Part shown: positions 19,142 to 29,621 of the stretch, piece by piece
Layout: the number at the start of each line of letters is the position of its first letter
Numbering within the stretch: the first letter of the stretch is position 1
Assembly: GCA_040264895.1 (NCBI GenBank)
Contig: JBDQHL010000004.1
Location: forward strand, 1 to 58,366
Reading direction: 5' to 3'
Length of the DNA: 58,366 nt
Origin: Bacteroidota bacterium
GTDB lineage: Bacteria; Bacteroidota; Ignavibacteria; Kapaibacteriales; UBA2268
Notes under the pieces: generated by a model
Seen by the model: the letters and a program-made list of their open reading frames with translations, nothing else
Told to the model about the DNA's origin: nothing
The model's database searches: none
Made by a program: the position numbers and the translations under genes

Positions 19142-19295
19142 AATTGAATTTTAAATAATGAATAAATTACGAAAAAATGATTAAAATAATAACGAGGAGT
19201 CGTTTTTATAAATTTTCTTCAGAATATTAAAATAATCCAACTGTTTGATTATCTTGATGGACATGGAAATCTACAATTTCAATAAAACTTATTAA

Positions 19296-20657
19296 ATGAA
19301 AAAGAAAATAGACCTAGCTAAAAGTGAAGTCCCAATTGCAAGAACTTACCAAGAATTTACAGCAAATGCCTCTTCAAGTGGTATAGTACTAATAATATGT
19401 ACTTTGATAGCTATGATATGGGCAAATTCTCCTTGGTGGGAATCATATTTTGACCTATGGCATACTCATTTCAGAATAGGTATTGGCGACTTTATGTTAG
19501 ATAAAAGTCTTCACCATTGGATAAATGATTTACTTATGGTAGTTTTCTTTTTCTTAGTTGGATTGGAAATAAAGCGTGAAATCCTAATTGGTGAACTTTC
19601 TACTGTAAGGAAGTCAATGTTACCAATTGTTGGGGCGCTCGGTGGGATATTAATCCCTGCAGGTTTGTATGCTGCATTTAATATTGGTGGAGATGGGATG
19701 CACGGCTGGGCAATCCCAATGGCAACTGATATAGCATTTGCATTGGGTATATTGTATATGCTAGGTGACCGAGTACCAAACTCACTGAGAATATTCCTAG
19801 CCGCCCTTGCTATAGTAGATGATATAGCTGCAGTAATAGTTATCGCTATTTTTTATACTTCAACCATTAATCTATTTTATTTGCTTATCAGTTTCTTGTT
19901 CATATTTATTATGTATGTGGGGAATAGAATTAAGGTTATTAACCCATTAATTTATCTCATACTTGGTGGAGTCGTTTGGTTCACAATGTTGAAATCGGGA
20001 GTACACGCTACTATTGCAGGTGTACTGACTGCATTTACTATACCTTCTTATGCTCTTATAGACAAATCTAAATTTGTAGAAAATACAGAGGGGCTTTGGG
20101 ATAAGTTCAAGTCAAAATTATTTAATCAGAAGACTGACTTTTTAACAGAGTATGAAGCTGATGCTTTATACAATATTGACTTATTATCAGATAAGGTTCA
20201 ACCGCTATTACTTAGATTAGAAAGGGGAATAGATGAATATGTGGCTTTTGGTATTATGCCACTTTTTGCACTATCTAATGCTGGTATTCACTTTGAGAAA
20301 TTCTACCTTGGAGTGCTTGTTAACCCCGTAACGGTAGGGGTTTTTGTAGGTTTATTTGTTGGTAAACAAATCGGTGTTTCTATGTTCGTTTGGGCTGCAG
20401 AAAGATTTGGTATTATTAGCTTACAAAAAGATATTCCATTCTCACAATATTACTATGTTTCTATCTTAACAGGAATTGGATTTACAATGTCGCTCTTTAT
20501 TTCTGCGCTTTCATTTGGAAATGGAGCACCTCAAGAGATGTATTCTAAAACAGGAATTCTGTTAGCGTCTATATTCTCTGGTGCGCTGGGTTATATACTA
20601 TTGCGCAGATCCTTGAATAAGCAAGATAGCAAACAAGAACCTGCGGCTAAAGAGTAA
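19296..20657 (+). CDS. nhaA: Na+/H+ antiporter NhaA
   Basis: 453 aa polytopic protein. The conserved LAIVDDIAAVIVIAIFY (DD motif) and LKSGVHATIAGV are present. Confidence 0.95.
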   Translation: MKKKIDLAKSEVPIARTYQEFTANASSSGIVLIICTLIAMIWANSPWWESYFDLWHTHFRIGIGDFMLDKSLHHWINDLLMVVFFFLVGLEIKREILIGELSTVRKSMLPIVGALGGILIPAGLYAAFNIGGDGMHGWAIPMATDIAFALGILYMLGDRVPNSLRIFLAALAIVDDIAAVIVIAIFYTSTINLFYLLISFLFIFIMYVGNRIKVINPLIYLILGGVVWFTMLKSGVHATIAGVLTAFTIPSYALIDKSKFVENTEGLWDKFKSKLFNQKTDFLTEYEADALYNIDLLSDKVQPLLLRLERGIDEYVAFGIMPLFALSNAGIHFEKFYLGVLVNPVTVGVFVGLFVGKQIGVSMFVWAAERFGIISLQKDIPFSQYYYVSILTGIGFTMSLFISALSFGNGAPQEMYSKTGILLASIFSGALGYILLRRSLNKQDSKQEPAAKE

Positions 20658-20674
20658 TTAAAACTAAGCGTTTC

Positions 20675-22522
20675 CTATATCATTCTTTTAGGCGAAAGAA
20701 AATCATCTAACTCTTTCTGTGTCATCAACTCTTTATCTAGAGCTAATTGGTAAACACTATTGTTAGTTGTAAGAGCTTCCTTAGCCAAGTTTGAACATAC
20801 TTCATAGCCAAGCTTTGGTACTAAAGCAGTAACCAAACCAATACTATTTTGAACGGAATGTTTTAGATGATCTTCGTTAGCAGTAATACCATTTACACAA
20901 CGAGTAGCTAAAGTATTTATGCCATTTTTAAGGTGAAGTGTACTTTCGAATATACTTACTGCTATTACTGGTTCCATTACATTTAGCTGCAATTGACCAG
21001 CCTCAGCTGCCATAGTAACTGTTAAATCATTTCCTATCACATTATAAGCTATCTGATTAACTACTTCTGGGATTACTGGATTCACCTTACCTGGCATAAT
21101 TGATGAACCTGGTTGAACCTTTGGTAGGTTGATTTCCCAAAAACCTGCTCTTGGTCCAGAGCTTAGTAACCTCAAATCACTACAGATTTTAGATAGTTTT
21201 ATAGCTAATCTTTTTAATGCAGAAGAATACATAACAAACGCACCAGTGTCTTGAGTAGCTTCTACCAAATCAACTGCAGAACGTAATTTATATCCTGTTA
21301 TTTCCTTCAGATGATTTACAGCAATTTTCTTATATTTAGGGTTAGCATTTAACCCAGTACCTATAGCTGTACCACCTAAATTAATCTCATTGAACAAACT
21401 AGCGTTTTCATTTAGTCTGTCAATTTCTTCTTTCAGTGTGTTCGCAAAAGTAGCAAATTCTTGACCTAAGGTCATTGGAACAGCATCTTGTAGTTGGGTT
21501 CTACCAACTTTAAGTATTCCAGAAAACTCTTTTGACTTTTTGTCAAACTCTTCTATTAGTCCTTTTAATTCAACCTGTAATTTTTCATTGAAGTGGAGTA
21601 AAGTTATTTTCAGAGCTGTTGGGTAAACATCATTTGTTGATTGAGCATAGTTAACGTGATTATTAGGATGACAATACTCATACTCACCCAATTTCTTACC
21701 CATTAACTTTAGGGCTCTATTAGCGATGACTTCATTTGCGTTCATATTTGTAGAAGTACCTGCACCACCTTGGAACATATCAACTATAAAGTGAGTGTGA
21801 TATTTTCCTTGCATTATTTCATCACAAGCTTCAATAATCGCATCTGCTATTTTGGGTTCTAACTCATCTAAGTCTTTATTAGCTCTGGCTGCTGCTTGCT
21901 TTACCATTGCCAATGATTTTATAAATCTTGGGAATAGTCTTAGTGTAATACCACTTATATTGAAGTTCTCGGAAGCCCTTAGCGATTGTATACCATAGAG
22001 TGCGTCTTCGGGAACTAATTTGTCTCCAATCATATCAGTTTCTGTTCTTGTTGCACCAGTAGAATAGCGCATTGCAATATTATCACCACTATATGTATTT
22101 CTCATCCTCCTGGAAATCATTCTAGATGCTGCTGCAATTAATTTTACCATTATCTTGGTATGGTTCTCCATCATTCTGGAGTAATCTTTTCTGTCCAGTA
22201 CTAATAATCTACAGTCAGTGGTTGCTTTAGCAGAAAGTGAGTAGGGGTAATTATCCATTAGAGAACCTTCACCAAATACCTCGTTCTTTTTGAACCTATT
22301 TATTGTCCTAGTAGCACCATTTTCCTTAGTTGAAAATTCAGAAATAGTACCTTTTTGTAAAACAAATAGACAGTCACGGTTTTGACCTTGTTCTACTATT
22401 ATTTCGCCTTTCTTAATTTCTTTTACGTCCATGTGTTGAGCTATTTTTAATCTCTGCTCATCGTTCAATTCATCGAATAATTCTATTCCGAAGAGTACCT
22501 TGGATATTTCTACTGTTGTCAT
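20675..22522 (-). CDS. aspA: aspartate ammonia-lyase with N-terminal cyclic-nucleotide-binding domain
   Basis: Residues from about 150 to 615 match aspartase/class II fumarase (QGGAGTSTNMNANEV, QSTNDVYPTA, GSSIMPGKVNP). Residues from about 10 to 140 show a cNMP-binding/CAP-effector pattern (FDELNDEQ..., KKGEIIVEQGQ..DCLFVLQKGT, FGEGSL, RLLVLDRKDY). Confidence 0.9.
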   Translation of the reverse strand: MTTVEISKVLFGIELFDELNDEQRLKIAQHMDVKEIKKGEIIVEQGQNRDCLFVLQKGTISEFSTKENGATRTINRFKKNEVFGEGSLMDNYPYSLSAKATTDCRLLVLDRKDYSRMMENHTKIMVKLIAAASRMISRRMRNTYSGDNIAMRYSTGATRTETDMIGDKLVPEDALYGIQSLRASENFNISGITLRLFPRFIKSLAMVKQAAARANKDLDELEPKIADAIIEACDEIMQGKYHTHFIVDMFQGGAGTSTNMNANEVIANRALKLMGKKLGEYEYCHPNNHVNYAQSTNDVYPTALKITLLHFNEKLQVELKGLIEEFDKKSKEFSGILKVGRTQLQDAVPMTLGQEFATFANTLKEEIDRLNENASLFNEINLGGTAIGTGLNANPKYKKIAVNHLKEITGYKLRSAVDLVEATQDTGAFVMYSSALKRLAIKLSKICSDLRLLSSGPRAGFWEINLPKVQPGSSIMPGKVNPVIPEVVNQIAYNVIGNDLTVTMAAEAGQLQLNVMEPVIAVSIFESTLHLKNGINTLATRCVNGITANEDHLKHSVQNSIGLVTALVPKLGYEVCSNLAKEALTTNNSVYQLALDKELMTQKELDDFLSPKRMI

Positions 22523-22640
22523 AGTTTGCTAATAGTTTGATTGATTGTTCATTTTATAATTACTAATTGCAACTTACTGATATTTAATATTAATTGGGAA
22601 TAATATTGAATAATATCAGAAAGAATTTTGTTGAGTGATT

Positions 22641-23303
22641 TTAAAAAGTGATTAGATGACCATTTTGCTTTAACCAATCTTTATACATTCTATATTCTGG
22701 TTGAAGTTTTTCTACAGTATCCCAAAAGCTATTTGAGTGGTCCATATACTTCAAGTGCGCTACCTCATGTGCCACAACGTATTCCATTACTTGTAAAGGA
22801 GCTAATACAAGTCTCCAGTTGATATTTATATTCTTTCGACTACTGCAAGACCCCCACCTTGTTTTTGCTGAGCTTATTTTGACTTGCTTGTGTTCTATTC
22901 CAAGTTTATCAGTATATTTTTCTATTAAGTGTATGGCTAATTTTTTGGCTTTTGCTTTATACCAATTGGTCATCGCTTGTTGAATATTGTTTGACTGAGA
23001 AATGGCAATCGTAAATTTCTCTCCATCGAAGTTAACAGCTGGTATTTGTTTTGCTAGAAGAATTGGGTATTGCTTGCCTAAAAAAAAGTATTTATCTGAC
23101 TCATCAAATTTATATTCAATTCTTTTTTTTGAGTTAGCCAAAGCAATTTTTCTAGCTATCCACTGCTTTTTGTTCAGAAGAACTTCTTCTATTTCAGCTT
23201 TGGTAGCTCTGTTCGGAACTCTAAGTGTGAGTTTACCATCTTCACTAATTTCTAAGCCAAATGATCTTCTTTTGGAGCGTATTATAGAATGTGGTTTAAT
23301 CAT
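22641..23303 (-). CDS. YgjP-like (DUF45/M48-related) metal-dependent hydrolase
   Basis: HEVAHLKYMDHSNSFW zinc motif and WGSCS motif. The start was moved to the internal Met (MIKPHSIIRSKRRS) because the longer ORF runs into the azurin terminator. Confidence 0.8.
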   Translation of the reverse strand: MIKPHSIIRSKRRSFGLEISEDGKLTLRVPNRATKAEIEEVLLNKKQWIARKIALANSKKRIEYKFDESDKYFFLGKQYPILLAKQIPAVNFDGEKFTIAISQSNNIQQAMTNWYKAKAKKLAIHLIEKYTDKLGIEHKQVKISSAKTRWGSCSSRKNININWRLVLAPLQVMEYVVAHEVAHLKYMDHSNSFWDTVEKLQPEYRMYKDWLKQNGHLITF

Positions 23304-23351
23304 AAATAGCCGAATTATTTTTTTTAAGTTAAATCTAATCATGATATAAAC

Positions 23352-23387
23352 AAAAAAACTCAACCCTTTGGGGCTGAGTTTTTTTTG
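23352..23387 (-). terminator. rho-independent terminator downstream of the azurin gene
   Basis: Stem ACTCAACCC/GGGCTGAGT (one mismatch) with loop TTTG, flanked by A6 and T8 runs. Confidence 0.65.
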
Positions 23388-23404
23388 TCTTCTTAATGTA
23401 GTTG

Positions 23405-23908
23405 TTATTCTACTATCAGATTTCCTCTCATCATTGCCCAGTGGCCTGGGAATGAACAGATGTACTCGTAAGTACCTGCTTCTGGAGCAGTGAAAGTGAT
23501 AGAAGTTTCTTCGCCACCACCAATTGTTTTTGTGTGAGCTATAACTGCATCAGTACCTTCAGGGATATAGTCGCCTTCAAGACCTACAGTAGTAGCATCT
23601 CCAGAAAATTTAGCAATGTCAGTTCCTTGCTTTAATAATACCCAGTTGTGACCCATAGTTTCTACTGGCATATTACCTGTGTGTTTCAATGTGATAGTTA
23701 CTTCAGCACCAGCTGACACTTTCAGCTCTTTCTTGTTGAACATCATTTGATCATTCCCTTCTATAGTTAATGACACTTCGTTGCTCTCCATTTCTGCAGG
23801 AGCTTCTGTTTTTGTTTCTGGCTCTTTGTCCATTGCGCTATCTCCGCCACCGCCACAAGCAGTTAACAAAGCTACACCAAATACGATTGCTATTAATGAT
23901 TTTAACAT
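23405..23908 (-). CDS. azu: azurin-type blue copper protein, lipoprotein
   Basis: Lipobox LLTAC. The mature part aligns by eye with azurin (GNDQMMFN, MGHNWVL, VIAHTK.IGGGE, CSFPGHWAMMRG copper ligands). Confidence 0.9.
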   Translation of the reverse strand: MLKSLIAIVFGVALLTACGGGGDSAMDKEPETKTEAPAEMESNEVSLTIEGNDQMMFNKKELKVSAGAEVTITLKHTGNMPVETMGHNWVLLKQGTDIAKFSGDATTVGLEGDYIPEGTDAVIAHTKTIGGGEETSITFTAPEAGTYEYICSFPGHWAMMRGNLIVE

Positions 23909-23998
23909 ATTATTACATTTATATTTATTGATAAAAGATATTTATTTACAAAATTATCAAAATAAGGTTGAATTAAAAAAAATGATATTCATAGAGTG

Positions 23999-24313
23999 CT
24001 ATATAAGCTCTATTTTCTCTTCCATGTCTTTTACCCATCCGCTTGGCGCATATTCGGTAATTCTTTCTTTTTCTTCTCCCTCACTCAGGAATACAATAGT
24101 AGGAACTCTACTAATGTTATATTTTTTAATCTCTTCTTTTGGTTTGGTTTTAAACCTGTTTACATTGATTATTTCTATTCTGCTTTCGTCTAATTCATAC
24201 TTTTGTAGAAAGCTTGCAATTTGTGGCATAGCAGATACGCACATAGGGCACCAACTACCTTGAAATACTAGCATTCTTACATCTTTATCTTCAGTTTTTT
24301 GTTTTAAATCCAT
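23999..24313 (-). CDS. thioredoxin-fold protein
   Basis: 104 aa with a WCPMC redox motif, and a cis-Pro region (RVPTIVF) typical of the thioredoxin fold. Confidence 0.7.
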   Translation of the reverse strand: MDLKQKTEDKDVRMLVFQGSWCPMCVSAMPQIASFLQKYELDESRIEIINVNRFKTKPKEEIKKYNISRVPTIVFLSEGEEKERITEYAPSGWVKDMEEKIELI

Positions 24314-24336
24314 TTAAAACTAACCACTATTTTATT

Positions 24337-25077
24337 TCACTTTTTCATTATTGTCTTCTGGACGGTTTTAACAATAATATAGTATAATATAGCAAAAAAG
24401 AGAGCCCAAGTCCAACGGTCACTTAATACGCTGTATTCTTCATAAATAGAGTAACCAGCTATAACTTTGAACAGAAAAATAGTTAAAAATAAGTTGAGTA
24501 TTCCTGCCTTTTCTTGCTTTATTACTTTCCAAAGGGAGAATCTACCTTCGGGTGACTTCCAATTCTTGAAGCTAGGAATAATAGCAGGGGTAACAGATGC
24601 CCATTGCTCGTAATCATTTCCATATTTATCTCGCAAAAACTCTTCTTCAGCATACATAATACGCTCATAATAAAGCAAATACATAAAAATAAAGGCAATG
24701 ATGAACCAAAGATTTATAGTGAAAAGCGCAAGTCCGAGCCACATGAAAAAATTACCGAGGTATAGGGGATGGCGAACAGTTGAATAAATACCAGAACTAT
24801 TTAGCGAGTCAGCAACCTGGCCAACTTTAGTGTTTCTGCCTGATGTGTTCTTGGCAGCAAATCCAACTGAATAAGCTCTTATAAACTGCCCAATAGCTGC
24901 AATTGCTAAAAATAAGAATTCCCAGTTGTTTGTACTAAATGAGCCGAAAGAAATGTTCTTATCTGACAAAGTATAAATATAAACAGCTATTCCAACTACA
25001 ACAATTATAAGTGGTAAGTAGCTTCGGTTTTTAAAAAGAAAATTTCCTTGTGACCTAAACTCTTCTTTGAGTGGCAT
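24337..25077 (-). CDS. ICMT/PEMT-family membrane methyltransferase
   Basis: 246 aa with multiple TM helices and the motif RHPLYLGNFFMWLG typical of isoprenylcysteine carboxyl / phospholipid methyltransferases. Confidence 0.65.
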   Translation of the reverse strand: MPLKEEFRSQGNFLFKNRSYLPLIIVVVGIAVYIYTLSDKNISFGSFSTNNWEFLFLAIAAIGQFIRAYSVGFAAKNTSGRNTKVGQVADSLNSSGIYSTVRHPLYLGNFFMWLGLALFTINLWFIIAFIFMYLLYYERIMYAEEEFLRDKYGNDYEQWASVTPAIIPSFKNWKSPEGRFSLWKVIKQEKAGILNLFLTIFLFKVIAGYSIYEEYSVLSDRWTWALFFAILYYIIVKTVQKTIMKK

Positions 25078-25262
25078 AAATATCGCCTTGTTATTAGACT
25101 AAAGATGGAAACTAAGAAAAATTAGTGAGAAATTATGACTTAGTTTTTCCAAAATATTAGTCTTTAGTCTTGAATTATTATAAATAGAACTTATAACTTT
25201 CAGCTCATTAATGCAAAAATGTATATATTTGAAATTGTATTTATCAAAATATTCAATAAATA

Positions 25263-26705
25263 ATGCCAATCAAACTTTATAACACGCTTTCAAGATCAAT
25301 TGAAGTTTTCAAGCCAATAGATAAGAATGAAATAAAAGTCTATAGCTGTGGTCCCACAGTGTATAACTATGCTCACATTGGTAACCTGCGTGCATTCTTA
25401 TGTGCTGATTTGCTCCAACGTTCCCTGAGTGTGGTTGGTGGTTTTAAGGTAAAGTGGGTAATGAATATTACTGATATAGATGATAAGACTATTCAAAAAA
25501 TAAATGAACCAGAAGCGTGGTTACCCAAAATGGGTGATCGCTCAGAAGATTTAAAACAAAACTTAAAACAGTTCACTAACTATTATAAAAGTGAATTTTT
25601 GCAAGATATCCGCTTGCTTGCTATCAACACATCAGACTTTTTTGAAATGCCCTGTGCTACAGATTACATAGAGCAAATGAAAGATTTGATTTTAGCTATA
25701 TTTGAACAAGGTTTCGCTTACCAGTCCGATGGGTCAGTTTACTTCAATGTAGGTAAGTGGAGAGAAGTAGACAAATATGGTAAGCTAAAAAATATTGATT
25801 TCGAAAATTTCCGTTCGGGTGATCGAGTAGACACCGATGAATATGAACGAGAGCAAGTTAGTGACTTTGTTCTCTGGAAGCAGAAAAAGGAAAATGAGCC
25901 ATATTGGGAATTACAAATAGATGGGAAGATTTTAGAAGGTAGACCTGGCTGGCATTTGGAATGTTCTGTGATGGAACGTGAGTTACTTGGGTTACCATTT
26001 GACATCCATACTGGTGGTATTGATCTTCAGTTTCCACACCACGAAGACGAAATAGCTCAATCGAAAGCTGGATATGGAGTAGAGCCAACAAACTATTGGT
26101 TCCACAATGAGTTTTTGCAAGTAGAAGGAGCTAAAATGAGTAAGTCAGCTGGTAACTTCTTTACTCTAGGTGATTTGATTGACAAGGGGCTGGATCCAAT
26201 TGATATCCGTTTTGCTATGCTTTCTGCTCACTATCGTTCCAAATACAACTTTACTTTTGCTGATGTAGAGGCTGCTGGTAAATCAAGAAAAAGATTACAA
26301 AAATATGTGCACCAATTAATGGAAAACAGAGATGGTCACGATTATATTGATGTAACTCAATTTAGTTATCATTTCTTTCAACATTTGAAAGATGACCTGC
26401 ATACTCCAAAAGCATTAGCGGAGCTATTTAGCTTTGTTAATAATAATCCTGCTCAGGTAATGGGTAAAAATTCAAAAGAAGAAATGATAGAGTTTTTTAA
26501 GAGTTTTAATGAAATCTTCGAAATACTAAGCTTTGAATTGCCAATTGAAGAGGTACCTAGCGAAGTAATAGATTTGGCAGAGAAAAGATTGAAAGCAAAG
26601 AAAGATAAAAATTACGATTTGGCAGATATGATTCGTAATGAAATTAAAAATCGTGGATTCCAACTTAAAGACACTCCAGATGGATATGAGATAGAAAAAC
26701 TATGA
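25263..26705 (+). CDS. cysS: cysteine--tRNA ligase
   Basis: Class I aaRS motifs HIGN and KMSKS, GWHLECS, 480 aa. Confidence 0.95.
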   Translation: MPIKLYNTLSRSIEVFKPIDKNEIKVYSCGPTVYNYAHIGNLRAFLCADLLQRSLSVVGGFKVKWVMNITDIDDKTIQKINEPEAWLPKMGDRSEDLKQNLKQFTNYYKSEFLQDIRLLAINTSDFFEMPCATDYIEQMKDLILAIFEQGFAYQSDGSVYFNVGKWREVDKYGKLKNIDFENFRSGDRVDTDEYEREQVSDFVLWKQKKENEPYWELQIDGKILEGRPGWHLECSVMERELLGLPFDIHTGGIDLQFPHHEDEIAQSKAGYGVEPTNYWFHNEFLQVEGAKMSKSAGNFFTLGDLIDKGLDPIDIRFAMLSAHYRSKYNFTFADVEAAGKSRKRLQKYVHQLMENRDGHDYIDVTQFSYHFFQHLKDDLHTPKALAELFSFVNNNPAQVMGKNSKEEMIEFFKSFNEIFEILSFELPIEEVPSEVIDLAEKRLKAKKDKNYDLADMIRNEIKNRGFQLKDTPDGYEIEKL

Positions 26706-27556
26706 TGAAGGTAAGGATAATAGGTGGTGGTAGTGTAGGAAGTACATTGGCTCTGAAGTTAGAGACAGTTGATTCTATTAACTATCAAATAGTATACAAT
26801 TCGGAAAGTACAAAAGCAAAGTTAACAGAATTAGGACTTACCACAGAGTCAATTGTTAGCTGGGGTGAGGCCGATTTTGATTGCGATATTATACTTATTT
26901 GTGTCAAGGATTCTCAAATAGAAGAAGTAGCCGAGCAGTTAAAAAAATACACAGAAAATTGTTCTCCCTTGGTCCTACATACTTCTGGGGCTAAGAACAA
27001 AGAAGCATTGAAGTCATTGTTAGAAAGTAATTACAGAATAGCAGCAGCTCACCCTTATCAAACTTTTGCTAAAAGCGAAAATGATATTCTAGCTGGTACA
27101 AGTTGGGGTGTAGAGTCAGAATACAATGATAAAGAGCTGATTGAAAAATTTATATCTTTGATTGATGGTAAAACAATTCACTTGAGCAGTAAAGCAATAG
27201 AGAATAGGTCATTATATCATACATCAGCAGTTGCGGCTTCAAACTTCTTGGCTCTTTCAGTAGAATTAGCAAAGAATATAGCTGATGAGGCAGGAATAGA
27301 TTGGGAAAACTTCTTACCCCATATCATGAAAACTACACTGATTAATAATTTGAATGAAGAGAATGATAAGCCAGCTATTACTGGACCAGTTGTTCGTGGC
27401 GACATGGAAACGGTTAGGAATCATGTTCTGGCTTTAGGTGAGTCAGTGAACGGCGTAGTTTATAAGAACATGAGTGAATCGTTAGCTCTTATGGCTTTGG
27501 ACAAAGGGTTAATACCGGGTGAAAAATTTGAAGAAATAATGGAAGCATTAGGTTAA
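26702..27556 (+). CDS. Rossmann-fold NAD(P)-binding protein with DUF2520-like C-terminus
   Basis: N-terminal IIGGGSVGSTLA dinucleotide-binding motif and C-terminal ITGPVVRGD...H pattern. ATGA overlap with cysS. Confidence 0.6.
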   Translation: MMKVRIIGGGSVGSTLALKLETVDSINYQIVYNSESTKAKLTELGLTTESIVSWGEADFDCDIILICVKDSQIEEVAEQLKKYTENCSPLVLHTSGAKNKEALKSLLESNYRIAAAHPYQTFAKSENDILAGTSWGVESEYNDKELIEKFISLIDGKTIHLSSKAIENRSLYHTSAVAASNFLALSVELAKNIADEAGIDWENFLPHIMKTTLINNLNEENDKPAITGPVVRGDMETVRNHVLALGESVNGVVYKNMSESLALMALDKGLIPGEKFEEIMEALG

Positions 27557-27557
27557 T

Positions 27558-28388
27558 ATGTCTATTATAGAAGCAATAATAATTGGATTGGTACAAGGAC
27601 TTTCGGAATTCATTCCTATTAGTAGTACTGCCCATATGACAATAGCTGGGAAACTAATGAATGCTATAAAAGAGCAAAGCCCAGAGCAATGGACTTCATT
27701 TATTGCAGTAGTTCAGTTGGGAACTTTAGCTGCAGTGTTCGTATATTTTTGGGAAGATATAACAACTATACTTAAAGCATTTTTCAAAGACAATTTGGGT
27801 GACAGAAAGTCCTTCAAAAAACAGTCCCACAAAAGTAAGATGGGATGTTATATAATAGTAGGCTCTGTCCCGATTGCATTTGTTGGGTTGCTCTTCAAAG
27901 ATATAATAAGGGGTAGTTTAACAAAAGATCCGTTTGTAATTGGCTCGGCTTTAATTATATTTGCTTTAATTCTATGGCTTTCAGAGATACTTTATAAAGA
28001 AAAATCAGATATAGACTCATTAGGTTGGAAAGAAACCTTAATAATGGGATTCGGTCAAGTTTTTGCTTTGGTCCCTGGTGCTTCTCGCTCTGGGACTACA
28101 ATTACTGCAGGACTTTTTGCAGGGATGAATAGAGAGGCAGCAGCTCGCTTTTCCTTCTTGCTAAGCATACCGGCTATATTAGGAAGTGGATTGCTTGAAT
28201 TTTATGAGGCTACTGCGTATCTTACTTCCGACATGTACGTAACTATAGCAGTTGCTACAGTAGTAGCAGGAATAAGTGGCTATTTTGCCATCGCATTCTT
28301 AATTAATTTTTTAAAGAAAAATACAACTAAACTTTTTATTTATTATAGAATAACTTTGGGAGTAGTTGTGTTATTATTCTTTTTATAG
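27558..28388 (+). CDS. uppP: undecaprenyl-diphosphate phosphatase
   Basis: GLVQGLSEFIPISSTAH and PGASRSGTTI motifs, 8 TM helices. Confidence 0.95.
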   Translation: MSIIEAIIIGLVQGLSEFIPISSTAHMTIAGKLMNAIKEQSPEQWTSFIAVVQLGTLAAVFVYFWEDITTILKAFFKDNLGDRKSFKKQSHKSKMGCYIIVGSVPIAFVGLLFKDIIRGSLTKDPFVIGSALIIFALILWLSEILYKEKSDIDSLGWKETLIMGFGQVFALVPGASRSGTTITAGLFAGMNREAAARFSFLLSIPAILGSGLLEFYEATAYLTSDMYVTIAVATVVAGISGYFAIAFLINFLKKNTTKLFIYYRITLGVVVLLFFL

Positions 28389-28422
28389 AAATCAACATTT
28401 ATTTATTATTTGGAGAAATATA

Positions 28423-29004
28423 ATGAAAAAACTTACACTATTTTTATCACTAACATTATTGATGTTTACAATGAGTAATATTTCAGAAGCAAAAGACGAG
28501 AGATTAGAAAAAACTAAAAAGTATCAAATAGAAATCAAGGTAGAAGGCAAGTCTATTGGTACAATTGATATAGCTCTATGGCCAGATTTGGCTCCTAAAA
28601 CGGTAGCTAATTTTGACAGATTAGTTAAAGATGGTGCTTACGATGGTACTGCATTCCACAGGGTTATTCCAGGGTTTATGATTCAAGGTGGCGACCCAAA
28701 TTCTAAAGATAAACCTAAGAACACATGGGGAATGGGCGACCCAAGCCAACAGAAAGTTCCCGCAGAATTTAGTAACATTAGCCATGAGCGTGGTATTTTG
28801 TCAATGGCTCGTGCCCAAGACATAAATAGTGCATCTTCTCAGTTCTTTATCTGTGTTGATGATGCTACATTCTTAAATAACAAATACACAGTATTTGGTA
28901 AAGTAACTAATGGTATGGATATAGCTGACAAGATTGTCAATATGGAAAGAGATAGCAAAGACAATCCTCTTAAGAAAGTAGAAATGTTCATAACAGCAAA
29001 ATAA
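28423..29004 (+). CDS. secreted cyclophilin-type peptidyl-prolyl isomerase
   Basis: FHRVIPGFMIQGGDP and SQFFI motifs. The start was set at MKKLTLFLSL (signal peptide) rather than the longer ORF start at 28366, which overlaps uppP. Confidence 0.9.
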   Translation: MKKLTLFLSLTLLMFTMSNISEAKDERLEKTKKYQIEIKVEGKSIGTIDIALWPDLAPKTVANFDRLVKDGAYDGTAFHRVIPGFMIQGGDPNSKDKPKNTWGMGDPSQQKVPAEFSNISHERGILSMARAQDINSASSQFFICVDDATFLNNKYTVFGKVTNGMDIADKIVNMERDSKDNPLKKVEMFITAK

Positions 29005-29015
29005 GTAGCTAAAAA

Positions 29016-29621
29016 TTGAAAAAGAATTACTTTCAAGCAGAATTTAAAATTGGTGCAGTCAGCAAAGAGCAGTTTCAAAACGACGGTTTACCCGAAATTG
29101 CATTTGCTGGCCGTTCTAATGTAGGGAAATCATCGCTTATCAATAGCATTGTTTTCCGTAAGAATTTAGCTCGTACATCGGGCACTCCTGGTAAAACCCA
29201 AGAGATTAACTTCTATTTAGTTGATGAGAGTTGGTACTTGGTCGATACACCTGGCTTTGGCTATGCTGCTAAGGGCAAAAAATATCGTGACCAGTGGGAG
29301 AAATTTAACTTAGAGTATATGTCTCAAAGTGAAGATCTGCTATTTGTGTCGGTGCTAATTGATAGCCGCCATGACCCAATGGAAAGGGATTTGGCACTAA
29401 TTGAAGTTTTGGAGAATAGTGGTATAGATTACCTAATTATACTTACCAAGACTGATAAACTTTCTAAAAAATCAATTGCTGATAGAGAAACGCAAATTCG
29501 TGATGTAGTTGCTGCTTGCAACCACGTTATTGATGTGTTACCTTACTCAGCAGTTAACCGTGAAGGACGCGATCAATTAATTGGTATAATGAACCGAAGG
29601 TTGAAAGATGCAAAAAAATAG
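29016..29621 (+). CDS. engB: ribosome biogenesis GTPase YsxC/EngB
   Basis: G1 [10 protein letters not shown]3 DTPGFG and G4 TKTDK motifs. TTG start. Confidence 0.9.
   Translation: MKKNYFQAEFKIGAVSKEQFQNDGLPEIAFAGRSNVGKSSLINSIVFRKNLARTSGTPGKTQEINFYLVDESWYLVDTPGFGYAAKGKKYRDQWEKFNLEYMSQSEDLLFVSVLIDSRHDPMERDLALIEVLENSGIDYLIILTKTDKLSKKSIADRETQIRDVVAACNHVIDVLPYSAVNREGRDQLIGIMNRRLKDAKK

Noticed and set aside
28366-28422. Longer N-terminal extensions of several ORF-track calls (28366 for the PPIase, 23363 for ygjP, 47814 for pyrE, 44296 for cluster gene C)
   Set aside because: The extensions overlap upstream genes or terminators and precede obvious native N-termini (signal peptides or conserved starts). 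Internal Met starts were preferred.
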